A stretch of DNA of 64,000 bases from Eledone cirrhosa (lineage: Eukaryota), in assembly GCA_964016885.1 (NCBI GenBank), contig OZ024744.1:125736001-125800000 (forward strand). Direction: 5' to 3'. The notes under the pieces were generated by a model that was not told the DNA's origin, did not search any database, and worked only from the letters and a program-made list of their open reading frames with translations. Numbering within the stretch: the stretch's first letter is position 1; each line of letters begins with the position of its first letter. The translations under genes and the position numbers were made by a program. This document shows, piece by piece, positions 48,501-62,656 of this stretch.

Positions 48501-51500
48501 TTTCGATCGTGGGCCGGCCGGATCTTGTCGGATCGATTCGGACATATGTGCATCGTGTTCGCAAGGCCCTTGTCTATGTGTGGTGTGATTTTCATAAAGA
48601 AATTCCGAAAAACCCAGTTTTAAATCTGATTTCGCCAAAGAATTTTGGCTATCAGATCGGGTTGAAAGGTATGGTTTCAGGTCGATCTGAAAGTCTAAAA
48701 TGGAATTCACTCGGTTAGCTAACTTTTGATATATCGGAGATATCTTTCTGAAAATCACACCACACACTCCCAATGAGTGTCTGCACATGTACCAGTAATT
48801 ACAGATGGATCCCACCACGGGCGGCCGGCCCACGATCGAAAAGGTTACTCCGAAGCACACCATTCGCCGGCGGAATTCATTTAGCATGGGCAGTTTTTCT
48901 CGAAAATCACACCACACACAGCCAATGAGTGTCCGCACATGTACCAGTAATTACAGATGGATCCCACCACGGGCGGCTGGCCCACGATCGAAAAGGTTAC
49001 TCCGCCTGCAAACGGTCATTTTCGAATTCGTTTTCTTCGAAGCACACGATTCGCCGGCGGACTTCAGCTGCCTCATTTAGCATGGGCAGTTTTTCTCGAA
49101 AATCACACCACACACAGCAAATGTGTGTCCGCACATGTACCAGTAATTACAGATCGATTCCGGTGAAAATTCACTGAAAACGAGCCATTCGGCCCTGTGC
49201 GTCGATCGTGGGCCGGCCGGATGTTGACGGATCGATGTGTAATTAGAAGTACATGTGCGGACACTCATTGGCTGTGCGTGGTATGCATTTCAGCAAGATA
49301 TCTCCGTAACATCAAGAGTTATGGCTGTGGAGGCACACCTAGTCAAACGTAAACAAGCTCTGGAGCGTATACGCTTCGCGATTTTGTTTACGTTTGACTA
49401 GGTGTGCCTCCACAGCCACAACTCTTGATGTTACGGAGATATCTTGCTGAAATGCATACCACGCACAGCCAATGAGTGTCCGCACATGTACTTCTAATTA
49501 CACATCGATCCGTCAACATCCGGCCGGCCCACGATCGACGCACAGGGCCGGATGGCCCGTTTGCAGTGAATTTTCACCGGAATCGATCTGTAATTACTGG
49601 TACATGTGCGGACACACATTTGCTGTGTGTGGTGTGATTTTCACGAAAAACTGCCCATGCTAAATGAGGAAGCTGAAGTCCGCCGGCGAATGGTGTGCTT
49701 CGAAGAAAACTAATTCGAAAATGACCGTTTGCAGGCGGAGTAACCTTTTCGATCGTGGGCCAGCCGCCCGTGGTGGGATACATCTGTAATTACTGGTACA
49801 TGTGCGGACACACATTTGCTGTGTGTGGTGTGATTTTCGAGAAAGACTGCCCATGCTAAATGAGGAAGCTGAAGTCCGCCGGCGAATGGTGTGCTTCGAA
49901 GAAAACTAATTCGAAAATGACTATTTGCCGGCGGAATCACCTTTTCGGTCCTGGTCCGGCCGGATCTTGCCGGATCGATCGGAAATTTGTGGACCATGTT
50001 CGGAAGGCCATTGTGCATGTGTGGTGAAAAAAATTTGTGTCGAAATCTTCTCGGAAAATAACGGATCGCCGGCGGAGATTGCCATTTCGATCGTGGGCCG
50101 GCCGGATCTTGTCGGATCGATTCGGACATATGTGCATCGTGTTCGCAAGGCCCTTGTCTATGTGTGGTGTGATTTTCATAAAGAAATTCCGAAAAACCCA
50201 GTTTTAAATCTGATTTCGCCAAAGAATTTTGGCTATCAGATCGGGTTGAAAGGTATGGTTTCAGGTCGATCTGAAAGTCTAAAATGGAATTCACTCGGTT
50301 AGCTAACTTTTGATATATCGGAGATATCTTTCTGAAAATCACACCACACACTCCCAATGAGTGTCTGCACATGTACCAGTAATTACAGATGGATCCCACC
50401 ACGGGCGGCCGGCCCACGATCGAAAAGGTTACTCCGAAGCACACCATTCGCCGGCGGAATTCATTTAGCATGGGCAGTTTTTCTCGAAAATCACACCACA
50501 CACAGCCAATGAGTGTCCGCACATGTACCAGTAATTACAGATGGATCCCACCACGGGCGGCTGGCCCACGATCGAAAAGGTTACTCCGCCTGCAAACGGT
50601 CATTTTCGAATTAGTTTTCTTCGAAGCACACCATTCGCCGGCGGACTTCAGCTTCCTCATTTAGCATGGGCAGTTTTTCTCGAAAATCACACCACACACA
50701 GCAAATGTGTGTCCGCACATGTACCAGTAATTACAGATCGATTCCGGTGAAAATTCACTGAAAACGGGCCATTCTGCCCTGTGCGTCGATCGTGGGCCGG
50801 CCGGATGTTGACGGATCGATGTGTAATTAGAAGTACATGTGCGGACACTCATTGGCTGTGCGTGGTATGCATTTCAGCAAGATATCTCCGTAACATCAAG
50901 AGTTATGGCTGTGGAGGCACACCTAGTCAAACGTAAACAAGCTCTGGAGCGTATACGCTTCGCGATTTTGTTTACGTTTGACTAGGTGTGCCTCCACAGC
51001 CACAACTCTTGATGTTACGGAGATATCTTGCTGAAATGCATACCACGCACAGCCAATGAGTGTCCGCACATGTACTTCTAATTACACATCGATCCGTCAA
51101 CATCCGGCCGGCCCACGATCGACGCACAGGGCCGGATGGCCCGTTTTCAGTGAATTTTCACCGGAATCGATCTGTAATTACTGGTACATGTGCGGACACA
51201 CATTTGCTGTGTGTGGTGTGATTTTCACGAAAAACTGCCCATGCTAAATGAGGAAGCTGAAGTCCGCCGGCGAATGGTGTGCTTCGAAGAAAACTAATTC
51301 GAAAATGACCGTTTGCAGGCGGAGTAACCTTTTCGATCGTGGGCCAGCCGCCCGTGGTGGGATACATCTGTAATTACTGGTACATGTGCGGACACACATT
51401 TGCTGTGTGTGGTGTGATTTTCGAGAAAGACTGCCCATGCTAAATGAGGAAGCTGAAGTCCGCCGGCGAATGGTGTGCTTCGAAGAAAACTAATTCGAAA

Positions 51501-52680
51501 ATGACTATTTGCCGGCGGAATCACCTTTTCGGTCCTGGTCCGGCCGGATCTTGCCGGATCGATCGGAAATTTGTGGACCATGTTCGGAAGGCCATTGTGC
51601 ATGTGTGGTGAAAAAAATTTGTGTCGAAATCTTCTCGGAAAATAACGGATCGCCGGCGGAGATTGCCATTTCGATCGTGGGCCGGCCGGATCTTGTCGGA
51701 TCGATTCGGACATATGTGCATCGTGTTCGCAAGGCCCTTGTCTATGTGTGGTGTGATTTTCATAAAGAAATTCCGAAAAACCCAGTTTTAAATCTGATTT
51801 CGCCAAAGAATTTTGGGTATCAGATCGGGTTGAAAGGTATGGTTTCAGGTCGATCTGAAAGTGTAAAATGGAATTCACTCGGTTAGCTAACTATTGATAT
51901 ATCGGAGATATCTTTCTGAAAATCACACCACACACTCCCAATGAGTGTCTGCACATGTACCAGTAATTACAGATGGATCCCACCACGGGCGGCCGGCCCA
52001 CGATCGAAAAGGTTACTCCGAAGCACACCATTCGCCGGCGGAATTCATTTAGCATGGGCAGTTTTTCTCGAAAATCACACCACACACAGCCAATGAGTGT
52101 CCGCACATGTACCAGTAATTACAGATGGATCCCACCACGGGCGGCTGGCCCACGATCGAAAAGGTTACTCCGCCTGCAAACGGTCATTTTCGAATTAGTT
52201 TTCTTCGAAGCACACCATTCGCCGGCGGACTTCAGCTTCCTCATTTAGCATGGGCAGTTTTTCTTGAAAATCACACCACACACAGCAAATGTGTGTCCGC
52301 ACATGTACCAGTAATTACAGATCGATTCCGGTGAAAATTCACTGAAAACGGGCCATTCGGCCCTGTGCGTCGATCGTGGGCCGGCCGGATGTTGACGGAT
52401 CGATGTGTAATTAGAAGTACATGTGCGGACACTCATTGGCTGTGCGTGGTATGCATTTCACTAAGATATCTCCGTAACATCAAGAGTTATGGCTGTGGAG
52501 GCACACCTAGTCAAACGTAAACAAGGTCTGGAGCGTTTACGCTTCGCGATTTTGTTTACGTTTGACTAGGTGTGCCTCCACAGCGACAACTCTTGATGTT
52601 ACGGAGATATCTTGCTGAAATTCATACCACGCACAGCCAATGAGTGTCCGCACATGTACCTGTAATTACACATCGATCCG
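42516..52680. repeat. Palindrome array (unit 2), 7 centres
   Basis: Centres at 42838, 44618, 46202, 47786, 49370, 50954, 52538. Confidence 0.95.
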
Positions 52681-52822
52681 ACGACGGACAGAGTATTCGG
52701 TTTATTTTCTTGACATATTTCTTTACATATTGTCCAGGCATGCACTTTTTCCATGATTAGTTCTGTTGACGGCCCGCTTTCCAAAATACCTTATCCTGTG
52801 CAACGCCGGGTACCACTGCTAG
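52681..52822 (+). mobile_element. Helitron-type 3' terminus contiguous with the palindrome array
   Basis: CCTGTGCAACGCCGGG-TACCACTG-CTAG|T at 52795-52823; homologous over ~55 bp to 18391-18450 (-). Confidence 0.7.
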
Positions 52823-53041
52823 TATATATATGTGTATGTATATATATATATATATATTGGTAAACGGAATAGAAAATTGTGACAAATTGTTCACAGTGAA
52901 AAATAGTTTAATTAGGAATAAGTGATAATTAGTAATAGTATTGGTTAGTATTAAGTTTTGGTTTTAAGTTTTACCGGTTGCGCATTTCTAATGCTTTTCA
53001 AAAATAATTTTGAGATAGAGCGTCCGTGATGTTTGCTCTGA

Positions 53042-53085
<44 letters not shown>

Positions 53086-53232
53086 AACAGTAGAAAGGAA
53101 AAAGATTTTTTCAGTAGAAATTGCTGAAGAGATTCTTTCAGTGTAATTTCAAAACATTAATTTATTTATAAAGTGGATATTTCCACATTTAATAATGGCA
53201 CTGGGTTCAGCATTATATACATTGTCAATTGT

Positions 53233-53510
53233 GGATTCTACTTTTGGCACAAGGGCTGCAATTATCCAGTACATTACTGGTACTTTATTATTTATACAAA
53301 TAATAATTGTTTCTACTTTTGGCACAAGGGCAGCAATTACCCAGTACATTACTGGTACTTTATTATTTATACAAATAATAATTGTTTCTACTTTAGGCAC
53401 AAGGTCAGCAATTACCCAGTACATTACTGGTACTTTATTATTTATACAAATAATAATTGTTTCTACTTTAGGCACAAGGTCAGCAAATACCCCAGTACTT
53501 TATTTTATCG
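53233..53510. repeat. 75-bp SINE-derived tandem repeat, unit 2 only
   Basis: GGCACAAGG at 53246, 53321, 53396, 53471; runs into a minus-strand SINE core. Confidence 0.85.
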
Positions 53511-56500
53511 ACCCCGTAAGGATGAAAGAAAAGTTAACCTCAACGGGATTTGAACTCAGTCTGTAAAGGGAGGTAACTGCTGGATTAATTTGGTTAATTA
53601 AGTTAACAGAAATTATGAACCGGTTTCTACAGAGCCTTCTGGACATTTAACCCTTTAGCATTTAAACCAGCCATACCTAGCCAGAATACTCTCACATCTT
53701 TCTGTTCAAACCAGCCATAACTGGCCACTCATACTGACGTTAAGGTATTGTTCTCAATATAAATAATATCAAAATCTCATAGATTCGATATTATATGAGA
53801 TAATTATGTAAGATAAAGCCTTTACCACAAAAATACAATAGTATATATAGAGTAATAAAAATGCTAAAGGGTAAAAGTAGCTTATTATTTTGTGAGCTCT
53901 TGCTACTTATTGCTCTTGTGCATCAAGAACATACACAGCTTACATTTTGTTGCTAATCTCACTGAGATCCAACTACATCTCTTGTTTATCCATAGTTTGG
54001 AATTTCTACCTACTCCTTTCCTTTAGAATGATCAAGGCCATTTTCTTGTGGGGATCTAGGCCCTGTTTTCCTTTCTATTTTGCCAAGTTATCTTACATCA
54101 CTTTCATTCTAGACCATGCTTCCAGGTTTGGAATTTCTCCTCTAATTTTACCACAGATTAAGTGACAAGGGTTCAATCATGTGCATACAGGAGTTCCCAT
54201 GGACAGCCAGTAATATGTAATAGCCTGCAGGATGATAATAAACAGAAGAGGGTTAATTACAGAGCCCTGATAGAGGGTTAATAACAGAGCCCTGATAGAC
54301 TTGTTCACTCAACTCCTCACTATAGCCATCATTACTTTTAACCTTACTGACTGCTCCTCCATACATGGCTTTTACTGCTCTCACAAGCCACTCATATACC
54401 CCTAGTTTTCTAAGTTATACACCAGATTAGGGAAGGGGGAAGTCTCACAGAAGCTCTCTCTGGGTCAACAAATGCCAAGTAGAGGGGCTTATTTTAGCTA
54501 GGTACTACTCTTGCAGTTGCCACACAAGGAAGAGGACATCAGTGGTACTTTTACCTGGCACAAATCCAAACTTCATCTCATCTAGGTTAACTTGGTCCCT
54601 AATCAGCTGTGTTATAAATCTAACACCTTCATGAAGTGGTCCATCTAATATCTCTATAGTTTTCTAGCTCTAGTACATCTCCTTTGCCCTTGTAGCAGTT
54701 GATGATGATGATACTACACCATTTATTTGGTATGACACCATTTTGTATTACATGCTGTACGATACCAGTGGTTAAGATGTGACCCACCATCCCAGATACT
54801 TTCAGTATCTCAGCAACTATCACCAATGGACAAGATACTTTCTCTGTCTTCATATCCTTAATTACCTTACTTCATATCCTTAATTACCTTACTGCTTACT
54901 TGTATGGCTGGACCCTCTGTTGGGCCCACTTTCCGTAGACTATCTTCCTCCCATGCATTCTCCTCATTCAGTAATCTTTCATAAAGGCATTTCCATGTTA
55001 CAAAGGTTGGCTGAAAAGTTCATAGACTATCAATGATAGCATGATGCTAGAGCTGTGAAATCTTGCCTGCATTAATTTCAACTCTTCTTATTAATAACTG
55101 CATTGTTTCCTTCCAGGGACTATGTTGAAAAATAAACCTCATTTGGTCATTCCATGAGTGTATCTTGGTCTGCCTATGAACTTTTCAGCTGACCCTATTC
55201 AGCATCAGTGAGCCCAAATGCCCCATTATCATCCTGGACACACTTTACCCCAACATCACAATTTGCCCTCACACACTGCCTCACAATCCTGAACATCTCA
55301 TGTATTTCATCCTCACATCATAAAACCAACTGAAATTATATATTCTCTGCTTCCCTCCTTGCAAAGAATACTTCTTGCCTAGCTTCCTGTAGTGTACCCT
55401 CCAGCTGCCTCCATTCTGCCATTATTCCATGCCTGTCTCTTGGCCTTAACTGTCTCATCTACCCTAGTGTTTCACCACCAAGATACTCTCCTCTCTGAAG
55501 CCCTGCTCCAGCCACAGATCTAGTTTGACACCTTCAGCAAAGGTTCTTTAAGGAACTCCCACTGTTCCCCTATATTGTATGTTTCTATTTGTTCTTCCTT
55601 ACTGTTGTAAAGATCAAACAAAATATCTCTAAATTTGGAACTGGCTGAGGGGTCCTTTAACTTCCATATCCTTCTCCTCCAAGTTGCCCTCAGTCTTCAA
55701 GTTCATCTAAGTCTATGAAATCACTAACTACTGGGTTATGTTGGGAGGTGCATTCTTCCCCAGGGGGTGGGGATTGTGTGTTTACAAATGTCAATATCTC
55801 ATCTTCTGGTGAGGATAAAAATCTGACTGGCATGCTCCTCTGACCAATAGGTGTTGAAGTGGTTGTCGGGTAAACGTTAAGACCCTCTGATATACATATA
55901 TATATATATACTAGCAGTGGTACCCGGCGTTGCACGGGATAACGTATTTCGGAACGCGGGCCGCCATCTTCCACTTCAGCCGGTCGCCCTAAAGTGTTGG
56001 CTATTCAGTCTACTTGAGGCCAGTTGGTGAGGGGGGGGGGTAAAGCTTTCAGTGTGCTACTACCCTCACGGTCAAATAGAAAGGGAGAGGAAGAAAAGTC
56101 AGCGTTAATATCGTGCTACACGTTTGAAAGGTTGGATGACCTTAGAGTTCACCAGGGTGGGGGGTTCTAAAAGTATCTATCTTGGTATTTTATCTTAGAA
56201 GTAATCATTACAGAGTGTACTGGGTGTATTTTAGTGGGCAGTAATTCCATAAAGAACACAGTATAATCTGTGGACACAAGCCTTGCAGTGTGATTACAGG
56301 CAGGTTAATGGGAAAGATAGATTATATATGTGACATGATGTACATGAGAAGTGAGGACACAGACCACACATGAAATAGATTCCTACAACTGTCAGGGAGG
56401 CTCCCTAGAATTACAGATGACATATTTCAATATCTCGGTGATCAAGTTAGCAGTGGAGGAAGAATCTCTAAAAGTGTAATACCCAGGATAAGGACAGGCT

Positions 56501-58124
56501 GGAAGAAGTTTAGAGTACTGTTCCATCTGTTGACAACAAAGGGCTTCTCTCTCAGAATGGAGGCTAGACTGCTTGATACTTATGTGTGGTCTGCAATCTA
56601 CACCCCAGCCATGCCCCTTCCACTACCACTCCTTAGCTATTTCTCTCCATTAATACTCCTCACATTTCAAGCAGTTTTCTCATCTCAATGAAAGAAAAAT
56701 ATTGGGCTCAAGAGAAGTCTTCAGTTATGCCATGGTGTGGCAACCTCCCTAGGGTTGGGCAGAGTGTAAATGAGAGTGAAATTAGGTATGAGAGGGATCA
56801 TATGCAGTATACAAGAGAGTAGATTACATTGGTATGGTCATGTGATGGGTATAAAGGATGACAGCTGTATAAAAATGTGCTGGGCAATCAAAGTTGATGG
56901 AAGTTATGAAGGCGGAAGACCCAGGATGACCTGGGATGAGGTGATAAAAGATGACTTTGCACAATTGCAACTCTCAAAGACAATGACACAGGATAGAGAT
57001 CTTGAGATGTATGCAGCAATACAGAAGGCCTGCTTTCCAATGTGCACGGACTCAAACATACATCTAGTAGGCCCCTCCTAACCACTATACTCCTTTCCAA
57101 ACTCCCACACTCCCACTTCTGTACACACCACCTTTAGACTGTAAAGTGGTAGTGTACAAGTCACAACAAAAGCACCCAGTCCACTCTGTAAAGTTGATGT
57201 GTTGGTGTCATAACAAAAGGCACTCAGTCCACTCTGTAAAGAGGTTGTGTAAGTGTCACAACAAAGACATCTAGTCCACACTGTAAAGTGGTCATGTAGG
57301 TGTCACAACAAAAAGTACCAGTCATTATTGTAAAGTGGTTGTATAGGTGTCATAACAAAAAGCACCCAGTCGACACTGTAAAGTGGTTGTGTAGGTGTCA
57401 GAACCAAAAGCACCCAGTCCACACTGTAAAGTGGTTGTGTAGGTGTCATGACAAAAAGCACTCAGTCTACATTGTAATGAGGTTGTGTAGGTGTCATGAC
57501 AAAAAGCACCTAGTCCACACTGTAAAGTGGTCATGCAGGTGTCATGACAAAAAGCACCCAGTCCTCACTGTAAAGTGGTCATGTAGGTGTCATGTCAAAA
57601 AGCACCCAGTCCACCCTGTAAAGTGGTTGTGTAGGTGTCATGATAAAAAGCACCCAGTCCACACAGTAAAGTGGTCATGTAGGTGTCACTAAAAAAGCAC
57701 CCAGTCTACTCTGTAAAGTGGTCATGTAGGTGTCATGACAAATAGCACCCAGTCCACCCTGTAAAGTGTTCATGTAGGTGTCATGACGGAGAGTAACCAG
57801 TCCACAATGTAAAGTAGCCATGTAGCTGTCACAACAAAGCACCCAGTCCACACTGTAAAGTGGTCATGTAGGTGTCATTTCAAAAAGCACCCAGGTCCAT
57901 GGCTTGGCCTGCTAACCGACGCTATACCCAAGTCGGTCGCCATGCTTTCCAGCATAGAGTTACGTCTCTTTATGGTCTGAGTTCAAATCACGCCGAGGTT
58001 AACTTTGCCTTTCATCCTTACGGGGTCGATAAAATAAAGCACCAGTAATGTACTGGGGTCGATTTAATCGACTTTCCCCTCCTCTGCCAAATGACACACA
58101 CATGCATGGTTCGGGGGAACCTAC

Positions 58125-58188
<64 letters not shown>

Positions 58189-59067
58189 GTAGGTCACTGG
58201 TTGAGTCGGTATTAACCACAGTAACTAAGGTACTCAATACATATTAGATATAGGTGTCTTTCTAATTGCTGGCCTTGTTCATAAGGTATACACAAGTATG
58301 ATGTGTGTCTGTTTAACTGTACGTGTGAAAACATCGCGAAATTGCGCCTTTTAATATTTGAATATAAACAGTTAAAAAATAATTATTTTAGTAATTTTTA
58401 AATATCGATAATGTGTATATAAATATTAGAAATCAATTTAATTAGTTCAGTAACATTACTCGGAGTTAAGATAAACCTTCATTTGAAGAAATTCGAGATT
58501 TGACCAAATAAATAGATTATGTGATCAATAAAAAAAATATGTATACCCGCTTGGACGACGGGTTGCAGACAGTCAGGCATACAGACACATATTTTAAAGC
58601 GTGCGACGTTAAAAGTCTTACTCTCTCTCTTTTTAGATAGATAGACTTAATTAAAGCAGTTTCACTCTCTCTATATTTCATCAGCTCTCTCTCTCTTAAA
58701 TTGAAAGATTCATTAAGGCTGAAATAATCTAAACAGTAACATCATTTTTCGCCAGCTCTAGCTTGCGTCCAGAGATATACACACACATATATATATATTT
58801 TTTTTGTTATCGAGTTGAGCTTTGCCAAGCATAGAATTCCAAATTTGACCATCTCCACTGAAAATGTTCGTGAAATAGTCTTTAAGAAGCAATTTAATTT
58901 TTTCCAACTGAAACTGTAAGTATTTTAAAATTTATTTCAACATGGTCTTAAAAGATTGTTGGCTTTTTTTAAATTCATAACTATTTACTATGAAATATAA
59001 ATTATTAAATCCAATTTATTTGATAACCATGATTTGATTTTATAATTACCTGAATCACGTTAACATG

Positions 59068-59108
<41 letters not shown>

Positions 59109-59366
59109 GTGTGTGTATATATATATATATATAATAATTGTTTCTACGTTACGCAGTGTATTACTGGTACTGTATTTTACGATATTAAATATTAAATATT
59201 AACTATTAGATATTAAATATTAAATATTAGATATTAGATATTAAATATTAAATATTAAATATGATATCCCTGAAATATATATAATGAAATAAATATGGTT
59301 TTATAAATGTAATTTCCATTTGTTTAATATCAAATATATATATATATATATATGTATTTATGTATA

Positions 59367-59426
<60 letters not shown>

Positions 59427-59651
59427 GCAGACACAGACACAGAATATCGTATATATCACACACACACAATTAAGACTTGACGTGTTGCAGACAGCCAGAC
59501 ATACAGAGAGATATTTTAAAGCGTGCGACCTTACATTTCTTACTCTTTCTCTTATCAAAAGAGAAAGAGTAATGCTAACACTTACGTCTACTTCACGCTC
59601 TCTTGAACCGTTACAGAAATTGCATCACATCTAATTATAACTTTGTACGTT

Positions 59652-59653
59652 TG

Positions 59654-59728
<75 letters not shown>

Positions 59729-59734
59729 GCACAC

Positions 59735-59765
<31 letters not shown>

Positions 59766-59768
59766 CAC

Positions 59769-59805
<37 letters not shown>

Positions 59806-59873
59806 CGTGTGTGTGTGTATATATATACACACACACGTGTATATATATATATATATATACACACACACGTGTG

Positions 59874-59906
<33 letters not shown>

Positions 59907-59928
59907 GTGTGTGTATATATATATATAT
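59652..59928. repeat. Compound microsatellite at the CR1-free site
   Basis: Flanks match 21900-21950 and 25975-26000 with no LINE between them. Confidence 0.9.
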
Positions 59929-60271
59929 CTGTCTCTCTCCCTGTCTCTCACTCTGCCTCTATCCCCCCTCTCTCTCTCTGTCTCTCCCCCCCCCTCTCTC
60001 TCTCTCTAGTAGTAGAGAGAGAGAGAGATATAAACGTATAACCCTAAACCTAACCCATCTCTCTCACTCTCTCTCTCCCCCTCTCTCTCTCTTCTCTCTC
60101 TCACTCTCCCTCTACCCCTCCCTCTCTCTATTTCTCTCTCTCTCTCTCCAGTAGTAGAGAGAGACAAAGAGAGAGAGAGATATAAACGTATAACCCTAAC
60201 CAAACCCTAACCCAACTCTAACCCAACCCTAACCCTAACCCCAACCCTAACTCTAACCTAACCCTAACCCA

Positions 60272-60302
<31 letters not shown>

Positions 60303-60609
60303 ACCCCCTCTCTCTCTCTCTAGTAGTAGAGAGAGAGACAAAGAGAGAGAGAGAGATATAAACGTATAACCCTAACCCATCTCTCTCTCTCTATTTCTCC
60401 CCCCCTCTCTCTCTCTCTAGTAGTAGAGAGAGAGAGACAAAGAGAGAGAGAGATATAAACGTATAACCCTAACCCAACCCTAACCTCTCTCTCTCCCCCC
60501 TCTCTCTCTCTATTCCCCCCTCTCTCTCTCTCTCTAGTAGTAGAGAGAGAGACAGAGAGAGAGAGAGACAGAGATAGATATAAACGTATAACCCTAACCC
60601 AACCCTAAC

Positions 60610-60644
<35 letters not shown>

Positions 60645-62615
60645 TTTTTAACATTGTTTTGTTTTTCTTTTCTTTTCTTATTCAGATGACAAACGGCAGA
60701 GGATACAACAGAAGAAAAGAACAAAGATAATTATTATTATTATTACTATTATTATTTGTTTTATTATAATCAAAATATGCTGTTAGTTAGATCTGCATTG
60801 CGTACATTTTATATAATTTATGCCAGTTCCTTTTCTGCATATCGAACATGGCCATTTCCCTGACGGAATAGAGTTTTGTCCTCTTTCGTGACACAAAGTA
60901 CAGCCAGCGGCATCATTGCGGACAGACTTAATCCCGAATTGCACTGACACACTGCCTCGCAATACGGAACACCGCACGTCTTTGATCTTCTTCCCGTCGA
61001 TCAGCCTCCTTGCCATGCTAAGTACACCTGACGTCTAGCTTCTCTCTTAGCGGCGGCTTTATATTCTTCTCTACTCCCACTAATTTTCCAAGCATTCCAT
61101 GCTAGCCTTTAGTCTCCAATGGCCCGATCTACCGTGCTGTCCCACCACCATGTCACTCTCTGTCTGGTTGGAACTCTGATCCAGCCACAAGTTTAATCAG
61201 TAGCCTGCAATAAGTTGTCACATAAGAAAATCGAGTTCTCATGTATGTCATACGACTGTGAATCGTCTTCTTTTTCGTCATACACATATTGAAGGGCTTT
61301 CCTAAATTTCTATTTTAGTGAAATCTCTTTTAGCTTCCAGACCTTTCTTTTTTCCACATCTTCCTGTATGTCTCAATCATACCTGGAGCTGTCCAACATG
61401 ACCATTGAAATCCCCTGCTAGCATAACGATGTCTCCGTCCTGTCATTGTGGCTGTTTGTAAAAATTGCTTGTAAATGAAGTCTTTCTTTTCTTTACCTAG
61501 CAGAAGCAATTAACACTAACCCAACTGTAACACTAACCCTAACACTAACTTATGCAGGCCTAGGTAAAGACAAGAAAGATAAAACAAGGAGTGATGCTTC
61601 TTGAATTTTGTGATGCAAGTGTTTTAACCATTTGCAAAACCAACTTCCACAAACCTGCCTCACTGCCGCCTAATAACCTACAAATCAGGCAAGCACAGAA
61701 GCCGGATTTCTCGGTAGTTAGGCAGCGAGACAGACAGATGGGGTGTGAAGTACCAGGGTGTGCCCCGGGGAGGAATGTTTCCCACAGCGTGGGTTGGTTG
61801 TTGGTGATGTCTCGGTTATCTTGAGACGGAGTGAGACGTGCAGGAATACTCTCACGGAATCGCCAAATGAGGTTTATTTTTCAACATAGTCCCTGGAATG
61901 AAACAATGTGGTTATTAAGAAGAATTGAAATTAATGTAAGATTTCACAGATCTATGATCAATCCTTCACAGTCAGCTTACAAAGTTTTCAGCCAAACCTT
62001 GTGTATTTCCAACATTTCAAACCCTATCTAGGACTACATTATCTAATGTACAGTACAGTAGTTAGTATTAGTGGCTATCAGACATAGTGTATCTAAATGC
62101 AACATTTTTAACATTGTTTTTTTTTTCTTTTCTTTTCTTTTCTTATTCAGATGACAGACGGCAGAGGATACAATAGAAGAAAAGAACAATGATAATTATT
62201 ATTATTATTATTGTTGTTATTCCTTGAATCTCAGTCATTGATGTTGGTTAACTGGAAAGTCCGTTGGAATGAATATCAAGCCACTACCTGCAGCCTCAGA
62301 TATTCAGGACGTATCGGAGGGTTCTTGCTGTTCCAAGCAAGCATGCCTTTTGAAGCGTTCCAAAAAGCGTGAAGGGGCCGATTTTCTTTAACCATCCCTG
62401 GAAACTTTTGGAGATGGACAAAAAACTGGAACACAATAGACCTGACCTGGTGGTTGTGGACAAAGAAAAAAGATCGTGTCTGATTGTGGATGTGGCCTGC
62501 CCGTTCAACACGAGAGTGCAAGAGAAGGAGAGGGAGAAAATTAACCGATACCAGGACCTAAAGTGGGAGGTGAAAAGGATTTGGAACTTCCATGAAGTCA
62601 AAGTGATCCCGATTG

Positions 62616-62656
<41 letters not shown>

